Source of the DNA: a virus
Lineage: Duplodnaviria; Heunggongvirae; Uroviricota; Caudoviricetes
Length of the DNA: 17,953 bases
Direction: 5' to 3' (one strand)
IMG/VR virus record: IMGVR_UViG_2657244940_000020
Position numbers and translations under genes: made by a program. The stretch's first letter is position 1. Every line of letters begins with the position of its first letter. The notes below the pieces were generated by a model. That model saw only the letters and a list, made by a program, of their open reading frames with translations. It was not told the DNA's origin and did no database searches. This document shows, piece after piece, positions 1 to 7,427 of this stretch.

Positions 1-669
1 ATGTCTGAACAATTAGTCACACCTGAAAACGTCACCACGAAAGATGGAAAAATCAACCTGCTGGATCTCAACCGTCAGCAGATGCGGGAGTTTTTTAAAG
101 ATTTAGGTGAAAAACCCTTCCGCGCCGATCAGGTGATGAAGTGGATGTATCACTATTGCTGCGACAACTTTGATGAGATGACCGACATCAATAAAGTGTT
201 GCGCGGCAAACTGAAAGAGGTGGCGGAAATCCGTGCACCGGAAGTGGTTGAAGAACAGCGTTCATCTGACGGCACCATTAAATGGGCGATCGCCGTTGGC
301 GATCAGCGCGTTGAAACGGTATATATCCCGGAAGACGACCGTGCCACGCTCTGCGTCTCTTCGCAGGTGGGGTGTGCGCTGGAGTGTAAATTCTGTTCCA
401 CCGCCCAGCAGGGCTTTAACCGCAACCTGCGGGTATCGGAAATTATCGGCCAGGTGTGGCGTGCGGCGAAAATTGTCGGCGCAGCAAAAGTCACCGGTCA
501 GCGCCCAATCACTAACGTAGTGATGATGGGTATGGGCGAGCCGCTGCTCAACCTGAACAACGTCGTTCCGGCGATGGAAATCATGCTTGATGATTTCGGT
601 TTTGGCCTGTCAAAACGTCGCGTCACGCTTTCCACTTCCGGTGTGGTTCCGGCGCTGGATAAACTGGGT
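1..669 (+). pseudogene. rlmN: 5' fragment of rlmN (radical-SAM 23S rRNA/tRNA m2A methyltransferase), codons 1-223 only; C-terminal ~160 codons missing
   Basis: ORF 1..846 translation begins [23 protein letters not shown]... and contains the radical-SAM CxxxCxxC motif (CALECKFC); matches my memory of E. coli RlmN up to ...VVPALDKLG (nt 669), after which the sequence no longer resembles RlmN. Reading frame continues without stop to 846. Confidence 0.85.
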
Positions 670-846
670 CCAGTTTTTCCAGCCGTTTGGTCAGGGCATA
701 TTCTGCGCAACGATGTCTGTGATATCAGCCTGAACCTGCAACTGACGGAACGTGTGCTGGTCAGCACTGACGGCAGTGTGTCGAGTGTTGAAGCTGTAGC
801 GGAACCCGATGAACCTGAAGAAATGTGGACGGTGAAACGTGGCTGA
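670..846 (+). pseudogene. C-terminal remnant of a P2 R-like tail completion gene, fused in frame to the rlmN fragment; stop overlaps start of S
   Basis: Frame-1 translation [58 protein letters not shown] lies immediately upstream of and overlaps the S-like gene (GTG 839; stop TGA 844-846), the position gene R occupies in P2-like phages. Assignment from gene order and vague family resemblance only. Confidence 0.4.
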
Positions 847-1285
847 ACTGCAGAAGGTGGACGACTGGCTGAGTGCTTTGCTGGCGAATCTGGAGCCAGC
901 CGCCAGAAGCCGCATGATGCGCCAGCTGGCGCAGGAACTGCGCCGGACACAGCAGCAGAATATCAGGATGCAGCGCAACCCTGACGGCAGCAGCTATGAG
1001 CCGCGACGGGTAACAGCACGAAGTAAAAAAGGGCGCATCAAACGTCAGATGTTTGCAAAGCTGCGCACCACAAAATACCTGAAAACCGCCGCCAGCGCGG
1101 ATTCTGCCAGCGTACAGTTTGAAGGTAAGGTGCAGAGCATTGCCCGCGTTCACCATTATGGCCTGCGTGATCGCGTCAGCCGCAAAGGACCGGAGGTCCG
1201 TTACGCAGAGCGTCGCCTTCTGGGTGTAAATGATGATGTTGAGGCAATGACCCGCGACATGATTCTGCAATGGCTGGCGGGGTGA
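839..1285 (+). CDS. S: Tail completion / virion morphogenesis protein (P2 gpS family), 148 aa, GTG start
   Basis: ORF 839..1285 ([25 protein letters not shown]...), size close to P2 gpS (~150 aa) and positioned directly upstream of V as in P2. Confidence 0.75.
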
Positions 1286-1289
1286 TCTT

Positions 1290-1307
1290 TGTATCAGCAC
1301 TGATACA
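1290..1307 (+). promoter_or_regulatory. Candidate Ogr/Delta-activated late promoter element (TGT-N12-ACA dyad) upstream of V
   Basis: TGTatcagcactgatACA at 1290-1307, part of a near-perfect palindrome TTGTATCAGCACTGATACAA, in the S-V intergenic space about 55 bp before the V start codon. P2 late promoters carry a TGT-N12-ACA dyad for Ogr. Confidence 0.5.
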
Positions 1308-1353
1308 AGTTGCAGCACTGCCGCCTTTCTTCCCCTGATGGCAACCTTTCCCT

Positions 1354-1932
1354 ATGAACGCACAATTAACCGAAATCATGCGCCTTATCACCAACCTGAT
1401 CCGCACTGGTGTAGTCACCGAAGTGGACCGGGAGAATTGGCTTTGCCGGGTGAAAACGGGCGAGCTTGAAACCAACTGGATCAGCTGGCTGACGCTGCGT
1501 GCCGGGAATGCCCGCACATGGTGGCGACCATCGGAAGGTGAGCAGGTGGTGCTGCTGAGTCTGGGCGGCAATCTGGAAACCGCGTTTGCCCTGCCTGCGG
1601 TCTACTCAAACCAGTTTCCGCCACCTTCAGATTCTGAGGACGGCAACGTGGTTGAGTACCCGGACGGTGGCTGGTTTGAATACGAACCCGCCACCGGGCG
1701 CTGGTATGTCAGGGGCATCAAATCAATGGTCATTGAGGCCGCTGACAACATCACCATGAAAACCAGTGAGTTTGTACTGGAGGCTGACCGCACGCGCATT
1801 AACAGCGAAGTGGTGATCAATGGTGGCGTTACCCAGGGCGGCGGAGCGATGAGTTCTAACGGGATCGTGGTTGATGCGCATCAGCATACTGGCGTCCTGA
1901 AAGGCGGCGACACAACCGGAGGCCCGGTATGA
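1354..1932 (+). CDS. V: Baseplate central spike protein (P2 gpV family), 192 aa
   Basis: ORF 1354..1932; N-terminal region and the C-terminal His-containing tip motif (VVDAHQHTG) are typical of gpV spikes; stop overlaps W start (ATGA at 1929-1932). Confidence 0.88.
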   Translation: MNAQLTEIMRLITNLIRTGVVTEVDRENWLCRVKTGELETNWISWLTLRAGNARTWWRPSEGEQVVLLSLGGNLETAFALPAVYSNQFPPPSDSEDGNVVEYPDGGWFEYEPATGRWYVRGIKSMVIEAADNITMKTSEFVLEADRTRINSEVVINGGVTQGGGAMSSNGIVVDAHQHTGVLKGGDTTGGPV

Positions 1933-2288
1933 CGCTTTATAGCGGGATGAACAATACCAGCGGTAAAGCCATTACTGATATTGACCATCTGCGCCAGTCG
2001 GTGCGGGACATTCTGCTGACGCCGCAGGGTAGCCGCATTGCTCGTCGGGAATATGGTTCCCTGCTGTCGGCACTGATAGATCAGCCACAAAATCCGGCGT
2101 TACGCCTGCAGGTTATGTCGGCTGTGTATGTGGCACTGAGTCGCTGGGAGCCACGGCTGACGCTGGATTCCATCACTATTAACAGCAATTTTGACGGTTC
2201 AATGGTGGTGGCGCTGAACGGGCGGCGTAATAACGGTGTGCCTGTTTCCCTTTCCGTATCAACAGGAGCAGAGAATGGCAGTGATTGA
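1929..2288 (+). CDS. W: Baseplate wedge protein (P2 gpW / GPW-gp25 family), 119 aa
   Basis: ORF 1929..2288, size and position between V and J as in P2; translationally coupled to V. Confidence 0.82.
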   Translation: MTLYSGMNNTSGKAITDIDHLRQSVRDILLTPQGSRIARREYGSLLSALIDQPQNPALRLQVMSAVYVALSRWEPRLTLDSITINSNFDGSMVVALNGRRNNGVPVSLSVSTGAENGSD

Positions 2289-3183
2289 CCTTTCGCAGTT
2301 GCCTGCGCCGCAGATTGTGGATGTGCCGGACTTTGAGACGCTGCTTGCCGAACGCAAGGCAGAATTTGTGGCGCTTCATCCGAAAGATGAGCAGGAAGCA
2401 GTGATCCGCACGCTGGAACTGGAATCTGAACCCGTCACCAAATTGCTGCAGGAGAACGCTTACCGTGAGTTGCTTCTGCGCCAGCGCATTAACGAAGCCG
2501 CGCAGGCTGTGATGGTGGCTTACGCGATGGGCAGCGATCTTGACCAGCTCGCTGCCAACTACAACGTGAAACGCCTGACGGTGACGCCTGCTGATAATGA
2601 CGCTGTGCCGCCCGTTGCAGCTGTGATGGAAAGCGATGAAGCGTTACGCCTGCGTGTGCCTGCAGCCTTTGAAGGGCTTTCAGTTGCGGGGCCAACTGCA
2701 GCTTATGAATTTCATGCCCGAAGCGCCGACGGTCGGGTGGCGGATGCCAGTGCAACCAGCCCGGCACCTGCAGAGGTGGTGCTGACTGTCCTTAGCCGCG
2801 AAGGCGATGGAACTGCAGAAAAAGACCTGCTGGACGTGGTGGAAAAAGCTCTGAACAGTGAGAACGTCCGCCCGGTGGCTGACCGTCTTACGGTTCGCAG
2901 CGCAGAAATCATCCCGTATCGCGTGGAAGCCACCATTTTTCTCTATCCGGGACCGGAAGCAGAGCCGGTAATGGCAGCGGCAAAAGCCAGCCTGCAGAAG
3001 TACATCGCCAGTCAGACACGTCTTGGTCGGGATATTCGCCGTAGCGCCATCTTTGCCGCCCTGCATGTTGAGGGTGTGCAGCGTGTGGAGCTGGCTTCTC
3101 CTCTGGCGGATGTGGTCCTGAACAAAACACAGGCGGCATCATGTACGCAGTGGAGCGTAACCAACGGAGGAACGGATGAATAG
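2275..3183 (+). CDS. J: Baseplate assembly protein J (P2 gpJ family), 302 aa
   Basis: ORF track gives 2236..3183, but ATG at 2275 is preceded by AGGAGCAGAG (RBS) and yields MAVIDLSQLPAP..., 302 aa, matching P2 gpJ length; overlaps end of W. Confidence 0.88.
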   Translation: MAVIDLSQLPAPQIVDVPDFETLLAERKAEFVALHPKDEQEAVIRTLELESEPVTKLLQENAYRELLLRQRINEAAQAVMVAYAMGSDLDQLAANYNVKRLTVTPADNDAVPPVAAVMESDEALRLRVPAAFEGLSVAGPTAAYEFHARSADGRVADASATSPAPAEVVLTVLSREGDGTAEKDLLDVVEKALNSENVRPVADRLTVRSAEIIPYRVEATIFLYPGPEAEPVMAAAKASLQKYIASQTRLGRDIRRSAIFAALHVEGVQRVELASPLADVVLNKTQAASCTQWSVTNGGTDE

Positions 3184-3781
3184 TCTGCTGCCACCGGGTT
3201 CAACACTACTGGAGCGCCGACTGGCGCAAACCTGCAGCGGGATTTCTGATCTGCAGGTGCCGCTGCGTGACTTGTGGAATCCGGCAACCTGTCCAGTCAG
3301 TTTCCTGCCTTATCTCGCCTGGGCGTTCTCTGTGGATCGCTGGGACGAGAGCTGGACAGAAAGCGTCAAGCGCCAGGTGGTGAAGGATGCTTTTTATATT
3401 CATCAGCATAAAGGGACCACCAGTGCCGTGCGGCGGGTGGTGGAGCCGTTCGGCTTTCTGATCCGCATTATTGAGTGGTGGCAGACCGGAGAGGCACCGG
3501 GCACGTTTCGTCTGGATATCGGTGTGCAGGACCAGGGCATCACTGAAGATACCTATCTGGAACTTGAGCGACTGATAAGCGATGCCAAACCATGTAGCCG
3601 TCACATGATCGGCATGTCCATCAACCTGCAGACCAGCGGCCCGCATTGGGTGGGAGCCGCCAGCTATCTTGGCGAAGAAATCACGATCTATCCGTATATC
3701 AACGAAACAATTATTTCCGGCGGCACCGCGCATGAAGGCGGGGCGGTCCATGTTATTGACACAATGAGAGTGAATCCATGA
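3176..3781 (+). CDS. I: Baseplate/tail protein I (P2 gpI family), 201 aa
   Basis: ORF 3176..3781, start overlaps J stop, stop overlaps H start (ATGA); position between J and the tail fibre gene. Confidence 0.82.
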   Translation: MNSLLPPGSTLLERRLAQTCSGISDLQVPLRDLWNPATCPVSFLPYLAWAFSVDRWDESWTESVKRQVVKDAFYIHQHKGTTSAVRRVVEPFGFLIRIIEWWQTGEAPGTFRLDIGVQDQGITEDTYLELERLISDAKPCSRHMIGMSINLQTSGPHWVGAASYLGEEITIYPYINETIISGGTAHEGGAVHVIDTMRVNP

Positions 3782-5319
3782 GCACAAAATTTTATACCCT
3801 GCTAACGGATATTGGCGCGGCGAAACTTGCCAGCGCCGCCGCGCTCGGTGTGCCTTTAAAAATTACCCATATGGCGGTCGGCGATGGTGGCGGAACATTG
3901 CCAACGCCGGACGCAAAGCAGACAGCATTAGTAAATGAGAAACGCCGGGCTGCGCTGAATATGCTCTATATCGACCCGCAGAACAGCAGCCAGATTATTG
4001 CTGAACAGGTGATCCCTGAAAACGAGGGCGGTTGGTGGATACGTGAAGTGGGCCTGTTTGATGAATCAGGGGCATTGATTGCCGTGGGAAACTGCCCGGA
4101 AAGCTATAAGCCGCAACTGGCTGAAGGTAGCGGGCGCACTCAGACCGTGCGCATGGTGCTGATTACCAGCAGCACGGACAATATCACCCTGAAAATCGAC
4201 CCTGCTGTAGTGCTGTCAACCCGCAAGTATGTGGATGACAAGGCACTGGAGCTGAAGGTGTACGCGGATGATCAGATGGCAAAACATCTTGCCGCACCGG
4301 ACCCGCATTCACAGTATGCACCCAAAGAAAGTCCGACGTTTACCGGGACACCCAAAGCGCCAACGCCAGCAGCAGGGAATAACACCACGCAGATTGCGAC
4401 CACCGCGTTTGTTCAGGCGGCTCTGACGGCTCTTATTAATGGTGCGCCAGCCACGCTGGACACGCTGAAAGAAATAGCCGCAGCCATTAACAATGATCCG
4501 AATTTCAGTACCACCATTAACAATGCGCTGGCACAAAAAGCGCCGCTGTCGAGTCCAGCACTCACCGGAACGCCAACAGCACCTACTGCGGCACAGTCGG
4601 TCAACAATACACAGATTGCCACTACAGCTTTTGTGAAATCAGCGATTGCAGCAATGGTGGGTTCTGCACCCGCGGCACTGGATACACTGAACGAACTGGC
4701 GGCGGCACTGGGGAATGATCCGAACTTTGCCACGACAATGCTTAATGCGCTGGCAGGTAAACAACCGCTGGACAATACGCTTACCAATTTGAGTGGAAAG
4801 GATGTAGCTGGTCTTCTCGCATACCTTAGTTTGGGAGAAGGTTCAGCATTACCTGTTGGTGCGCCTGTTCCGTGGCCGTCAGCAACTCCACCAACTGGAT
4901 GGCTAAAATGCAATGGAGCAGCGTTTACCGCTTCTCAGTACCCCAAATTGGCTCAGGCCTATCCTGCACTCAGATTGCCTGATTTAAGAGGCGAATTTAT
5001 TCGTGGCTGGGATGACGGGCGCGGGGCTGATAGCGGGCGAGGTTTGCTTTCTGCTCAGGGTGCTATGTCATTCGATCACCGGCACTGGATTCCAACTTCA
5101 CCAAGTTCTGGCGGAGATGGTCCAATGACGGCTGTTTTTATAGATAACAATGCGTCAATGGCTTATTACCCGAACGGAACTAATGAATATAACCCAAACC
5201 CGTCAACTGGCACGGTATTGCAGACATATACCGCAAAGGCAACACTTGGTTCAAAAATGTTTGGTAGTGAAACGAGGCCGCGAAACGTTGCATTTAACTA
5301 CATTGTGAGGGCTGCATAA
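3778..5319 (+). CDS. H: Tail fibre protein (P2 gpH-like N-terminus; C-terminal ~160 aa lie inside the invertible segment), 513 aa
   Basis: ORF 3778..5319; N-terminus MSTKFYTLLTDIGAAKLA...MAVGDGGG...ESYKPQLAEGSG is the conserved gpH baseplate-attachment region; central tail-fibre repeat motif; C-terminus has a phage tail-collar-like motif (WLKCNGAAFTASQYPKLAQAY). Confidence 0.9.
   Translation: MSTKFYTLLTDIGAAKLASAAALGVPLKITHMAVGDGGGTLPTPDAKQTALVNEKRRAALNMLYIDPQNSSQIIAEQVIPENEGGWWIREVGLFDESGALIAVGNCPESYKPQLAEGSGRTQTVRMVLITSSTDNITLKIDPAVVLSTRKYVDDKALELKVYADDQMAKHLAAPDPHSQYAPKESPTFTGTPKAPTPAAGNNTTQIATTAFVQAALTALINGAPATLDTLKEIAAAINNDPNFSTTINNALAQKAPLSSPALTGTPTAPTAAQSVNNTQIATTAFVKSAIAAMVGSAPAALDTLNELAAALGNDPNFATTMLNALAGKQPLDNTLTNLSGKDVAGLLAYLSLGEGSALPVGAPVPWPSATPPTGWLKCNGAAFTASQYPKLAQAYPALRLPDLRGEFIRGWDDGRGADSGRGLLSAQGAMSFDHRHWIPTSPSSGGDGPMTAVFIDNNASMAYYPNGTNEYNPNPSTGTVLQTYTAKATLGSKMFGSETRPRNVAFNYIVRAA
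4330..4770 (+). repeat. Two tandem ~219-bp (73-codon) repeat units inside H (4330-4548 and 4552-4770)
   Basis: Protein units SPTFTGTPKAPT...NNTTQIATTAFV...APATLDTLKEIAAAINNDPNFSTTINNALAQKAPL and SPALTGTPTAPT...NNTQIATTAFV...APAALDTLNELAAALGNDPNFATTMLNALAGKQPL are separated by one codon; diverged at DNA level. Confidence 0.6.
4814..4839 (+). other. Left 26-bp DNA-invertase crossover site (hix/gix-like), inside the H coding sequence
   Basis: TTCTCGCATACC-TT-AGTTTGGGAGAA: two imperfect 12-bp inverted half-sites around central TT. It matches the reverse complement of the site at 6714-6739 at 20 of 26 positions, including an identical GTTTGGGAGAA arm. Confidence 0.7.
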
Positions 5320-5918
5320 TGGCACAGGCAAAATTAAACAACGAACTTATCGCCACAGAGGCAGGCGATATTACAGTATTTAACTATGATGACGAGACGC
5401 GAGAATACCTTTCTATATCTGTTGAATATCTGGCCGTGGGCGTAGGTATTCCAGCCAACTCATGCATTGACGCCCCCGGCGAGAGCAAAGAGGGTTTTGC
5501 TATTTGCCGGACAGCCGATTTTGCCGCCTGGGAATACGTCGCGGATCACCGTGGTGAAACGGTGTACAGCACTGAAACAGGCGAGCCGGAGATCGTTTCT
5601 TTGCCTGGTGAATACCCGGAAGGCACCACCACGCTGGCACCTGATACGCCTTACGATACGTGGAACGGTCGCGAGTGGGTGACAGATACGGAAGCGCAGA
5701 ACGCGGCGGACGTGGAAGCGGCGGAACAACAGAAAGCTGCGCTCCTGCTTGAGGCCCAGACAACGATCAGTCTCTGGCAGACAGAACTACAGTTAGGCAT
5801 TATCAGCGATGAAGATAAAGCTAGCCTGATCGCCTGGATGAGCTACATCAAAGCACTACAAGCCGTCGATATATCAACGGCTCCTGTTATTATCTGGCCT
5901 GTTCCTCCGGAGAGTTAG
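5319..5918 (+). CDS. G: Tail fibre assembly chaperone (P2 gpG / Tfa family), 199 aa
   Basis: ORF 5319..5918 directly after H (TAATG overlap); C-terminal ...STAPVIIWPVPPES motif of Tfa chaperones. Confidence 0.82.
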   Translation: MAQAKLNNELIATEAGDITVFNYDDETREYLSISVEYLAVGVGIPANSCIDAPGESKEGFAICRTADFAAWEYVADHRGETVYSTETGEPEIVSLPGEYPEGTTTLAPDTPYDTWNGREWVTDTEAQNAADVEAAEQQKAALLLEAQTTISLWQTELQLGIISDEDKASLIAWMSYIKALQAVDISTAPVIIWPVPPES

Positions 5919-6342
5919 GCCACTCGATATCTGGTGCGCTGGAGGTGTTTAAAACTTCCAGAGCATCCAGATAATCAAGCCACAAACCATACTGTTCAAG
6001 CTCATCGCCTTTCAGACGACCAATAGCGGCTTTACCGGGCCATTGCTTACTGTTCATGTATTCGTTGGCCTGGTGAATTAGTAGCTGTCTTTCTGATTCA
6101 GTAATTTCAATAAGTTCTTCATGCGTGGGTGGAGGAATATCTGCCCACGCAGGCAGCCCATCATCTCCGGCAATACGGATTTTTCCTTGTGGCGGTTCAT
6201 CCATAAACTCACTGATAATATTTTGATTTACTTCCTTAGCGTCTGATAAATCCCATCCCTCTGATTTATATTTATCAATCATATCCACAGGGAAAAAAGC
6301 ATTATGCCTTGCGCTATAAACATATTCGTTCATATAAATCAC
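5890..6342 (-). CDS. Alternative tail fibre assembly chaperone (G'), 150 aa
   Basis: Minus-strand ORF 5890..6342, C-terminus ...SSAPDIEWPNSPEEQAR parallels the G C-terminus; lies downstream of H'v on the minus strand; 3' end overlaps the 3' end of G by 29 nt. Confidence 0.78.
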   Translation of the reverse strand: MIYMNEYVYSARHNAFFPVDMIDKYKSEGWDLSDAKEVNQNIISEFMDEPPQGKIRIAGDDGLPAWADIPPPTHEELIEITESERQLLIHQANEYMNSKQWPGKAAIGRLKGDELEQYGLWLDYLDALEVLNTSSAPDIEWPNSPEEQAR

Positions 6343-6353
6343 CCTGAATAAAA

Positions 6354-6727
6354 TTACTCACCAACAGCCCACCAACTGTAATTCATCGATACCGTGTCGC
6401 TGGTTGATGACGTTCTGTAAGCAGAATTAAAGCCGGTTAACGTTGGGCCTTCTGCAGTCATCACGAACCCTCGCCCAGCGCCTAAAGGCGCACCTCCATC
6501 ACCAGAATGAGTAAGCATGGCGCAGTCCGCTTTTTTAGGGAAAGGGATAGGAAATGTAATCCTCATTGTTTGCGTCGATAATTTCGGCATAGCCTCACCT
6601 CGACCATATTGCAGAATTTTACCGTTTGGTAATTTCATCCATCCATCACCACTGGCAAAAGAAGCCATGTCCGGTATCTGATTTTCCCCTGTTCCCACCC
6701 CCCGTTTCGCTGCTTCTCCCAAACCAA
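6354..6727 (-). CDS. Alternative tail-fibre C-terminal cassette (H'v); has no start of its own and is expressed only after inversion fuses it to the H constant region
   Basis: Minus-strand open frame runs from the right crossover site to the stop at 6354 (...GLGEAAKRGVGTGENQIPDMASFASGDGWMKLPNGKILQYGRG...). It is in frame with the H constant part across the crossover dinucleotide. The ATG at 6767 in the ORF track lies outside the invertible segment and is probably not used. Confidence 0.72.
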
Positions 6728-6739
6728 CGTTTATGAAAA
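6714..6739 (+). other. Right 26-bp DNA-invertase crossover site (hix/gix-like)
   Basis: TTCTCCCAAACC-AA-CGTTTATGAAAA; resembles remembered hixL/gix/cix sites (TTnTCnnAAACC ... GGTTTnnGAnAA); inverted relative to the site at 4814-4839 with complementary central dinucleotide. Confidence 0.75.
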
Positions 6740-6794
6740 TGCAGAGATAACGGCTAACTGGCATCATCTCCGGTTTTTATTCAGGGGGATGATC

Positions 6795-7361
6795 ATGCTT
6801 ATTGGCTATGTACGCGTGTCAACAAATGACCAGAACACCGATTTGCAACGCAATGCACTGAACTGTGCGGGATGTGAGCGGATTTTTGAGGATAAAATCA
6901 GTGGCACCAAGTCCGACAGACCGGGGCTGAAAAAGCTGCTCAGGACACTATCGGCAGGAGACACGCTGGTTGTCTGGAAGCTGGACAGACTGGGGCGCAG
7001 TATGCGGCATCTTGTTACGCTGATAGAAGAGCTGCGCCAGCGTGGCGTGAATTTCCGAAGCCTGACTGACAGTATTGATACCAGCACCCCAATGGGCCGT
7101 TTCTTTTTTCATGTCATGGGTGCCCTGGCTGAAATGGAACGCGAACTGATAGTTGAACGTACCAGGGCGGGGCTGGCTGCAGCTCGTGCTAAAGGCAGAG
7201 TAGGTGGACGCCGTCCTAAGTTGACCAGCGAACAGTGGGCACAGATTGGGCGTTTACTCGAGGCCGGAGAATCAAGACAGCGTATTGCACTGATTTTTGA
7301 TGTAGGCGTTTCTACCATTTATCGAAAATTTCCGGCAAATAAGAACAATAAATCTCCCTGA
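6795..7361 (+). CDS. Serine-recombinase DNA invertase (Gin/Pin/Hin/Cin family), 188 aa
   Basis: MLIGYVRVSTNDQNTDLQRNAL...VVWKLDRLGRSMRHL...GRFFFHVMGALAEMERELI...GGRRPKLT closely matches remembered Gin/Pin N-terminal catalytic and C-terminal HTH regions. GGGGG at 6784-6788 sits 6 nt before ATG 6795; an in-frame ATG at 6789 is an alternative start. Confidence 0.9.
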   Translation: MLIGYVRVSTNDQNTDLQRNALNCAGCERIFEDKISGTKSDRPGLKKLLRTLSAGDTLVVWKLDRLGRSMRHLVTLIEELRQRGVNFRSLTDSIDTSTPMGRFFFHVMGALAEMERELIVERTRAGLAAARAKGRVGGRRPKLTSEQWAQIGRLLEAGESRQRIALIFDVGVSTIYRKFPANKNNKSP

Positions 7362-7409
7362 ATCAGCTTTATTTTGATTATCCCTGAAAGCAGACAAATA
7401 CCGTCATTT

Positions 7410-7427
7410 TGTGTGAATAACGGTACA
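7410..7427 (+). promoter_or_regulatory. Candidate Ogr/Delta-activated late promoter element (TGT-N12-ACA) upstream of FI
   Basis: TGTgtgaataacggtACA at 7410-7427 in the invertase-FI intergenic region, ~85 bp upstream of the FI ATG, which has a strong RBS (CAGGAGGT at 7488-7495). Confidence 0.55.

Larger units (their letters stand above)
4827..6726. mobile_element. Invertible tail-fibre segment (~1.9 kb; G/Min/P-segment type), encoding Hv + G on one strand and G' + H'v on the other
   Basis: Bounded by the inverted crossover sites at 4814-4839 and 6714-6739, with the invertase gene immediately outside. Inversion in silico joins H constant codons ...LLAYL to GLGEAAKRGVGTGENQ... (H'v) in frame. 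Confidence 0.75.

Noticed and set aside
640-700. Left junction as an attL site with integrase nearby
   Set aside because: No tyrosine integrase anywhere in the window, no direct repeat shared with the right end, and the junction falls inside coding sequence on both sides; it looks like a deletion or rearrangement breakpoint.
233-1318. Several overlapping ORFs on both strands across the rlmN fragment and S (233-520 +, 303-494 -, 498-950 -, 691-978 -, 761-1318 -)
   Set aside because: All overlap the confidently assigned rlmN or S frames and give low-complexity translations; no independent support.
2236-2274. Longer J start at 2236 and longer ogr start at 14399 from the ORF track
   Set aside because: The downstream ATGs (2275 and 14432) have better RBS context and give the protein lengths expected for P2 gpJ (302 aa) and Ogr (72 aa).
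4413-4913. 166-aa minus-strand ORF antisense to the tail fibre gene
   Set aside because: Lies antisense to the repeat region of H; Ala/Gly-rich mirror of the fibre repeats.
6728-6767. ATG at 6767 as an independent start for the minus-strand H'v ORF
   Set aside because: The ATG lies outside the invertible segment, beyond the crossover site, with no tail-fibre N-terminal domain; the cassette is read only as a fusion to the H constant region after inversion.
6789-7361. Possibility that the serine recombinase marks an IS element or transposon resolvase
   Set aside because: No terminal inverted repeats of IS type and no transposase; it sits next to two hix-like crossover sites flanking tail-fibre cassettes, the signature of a phage DNA invertase.
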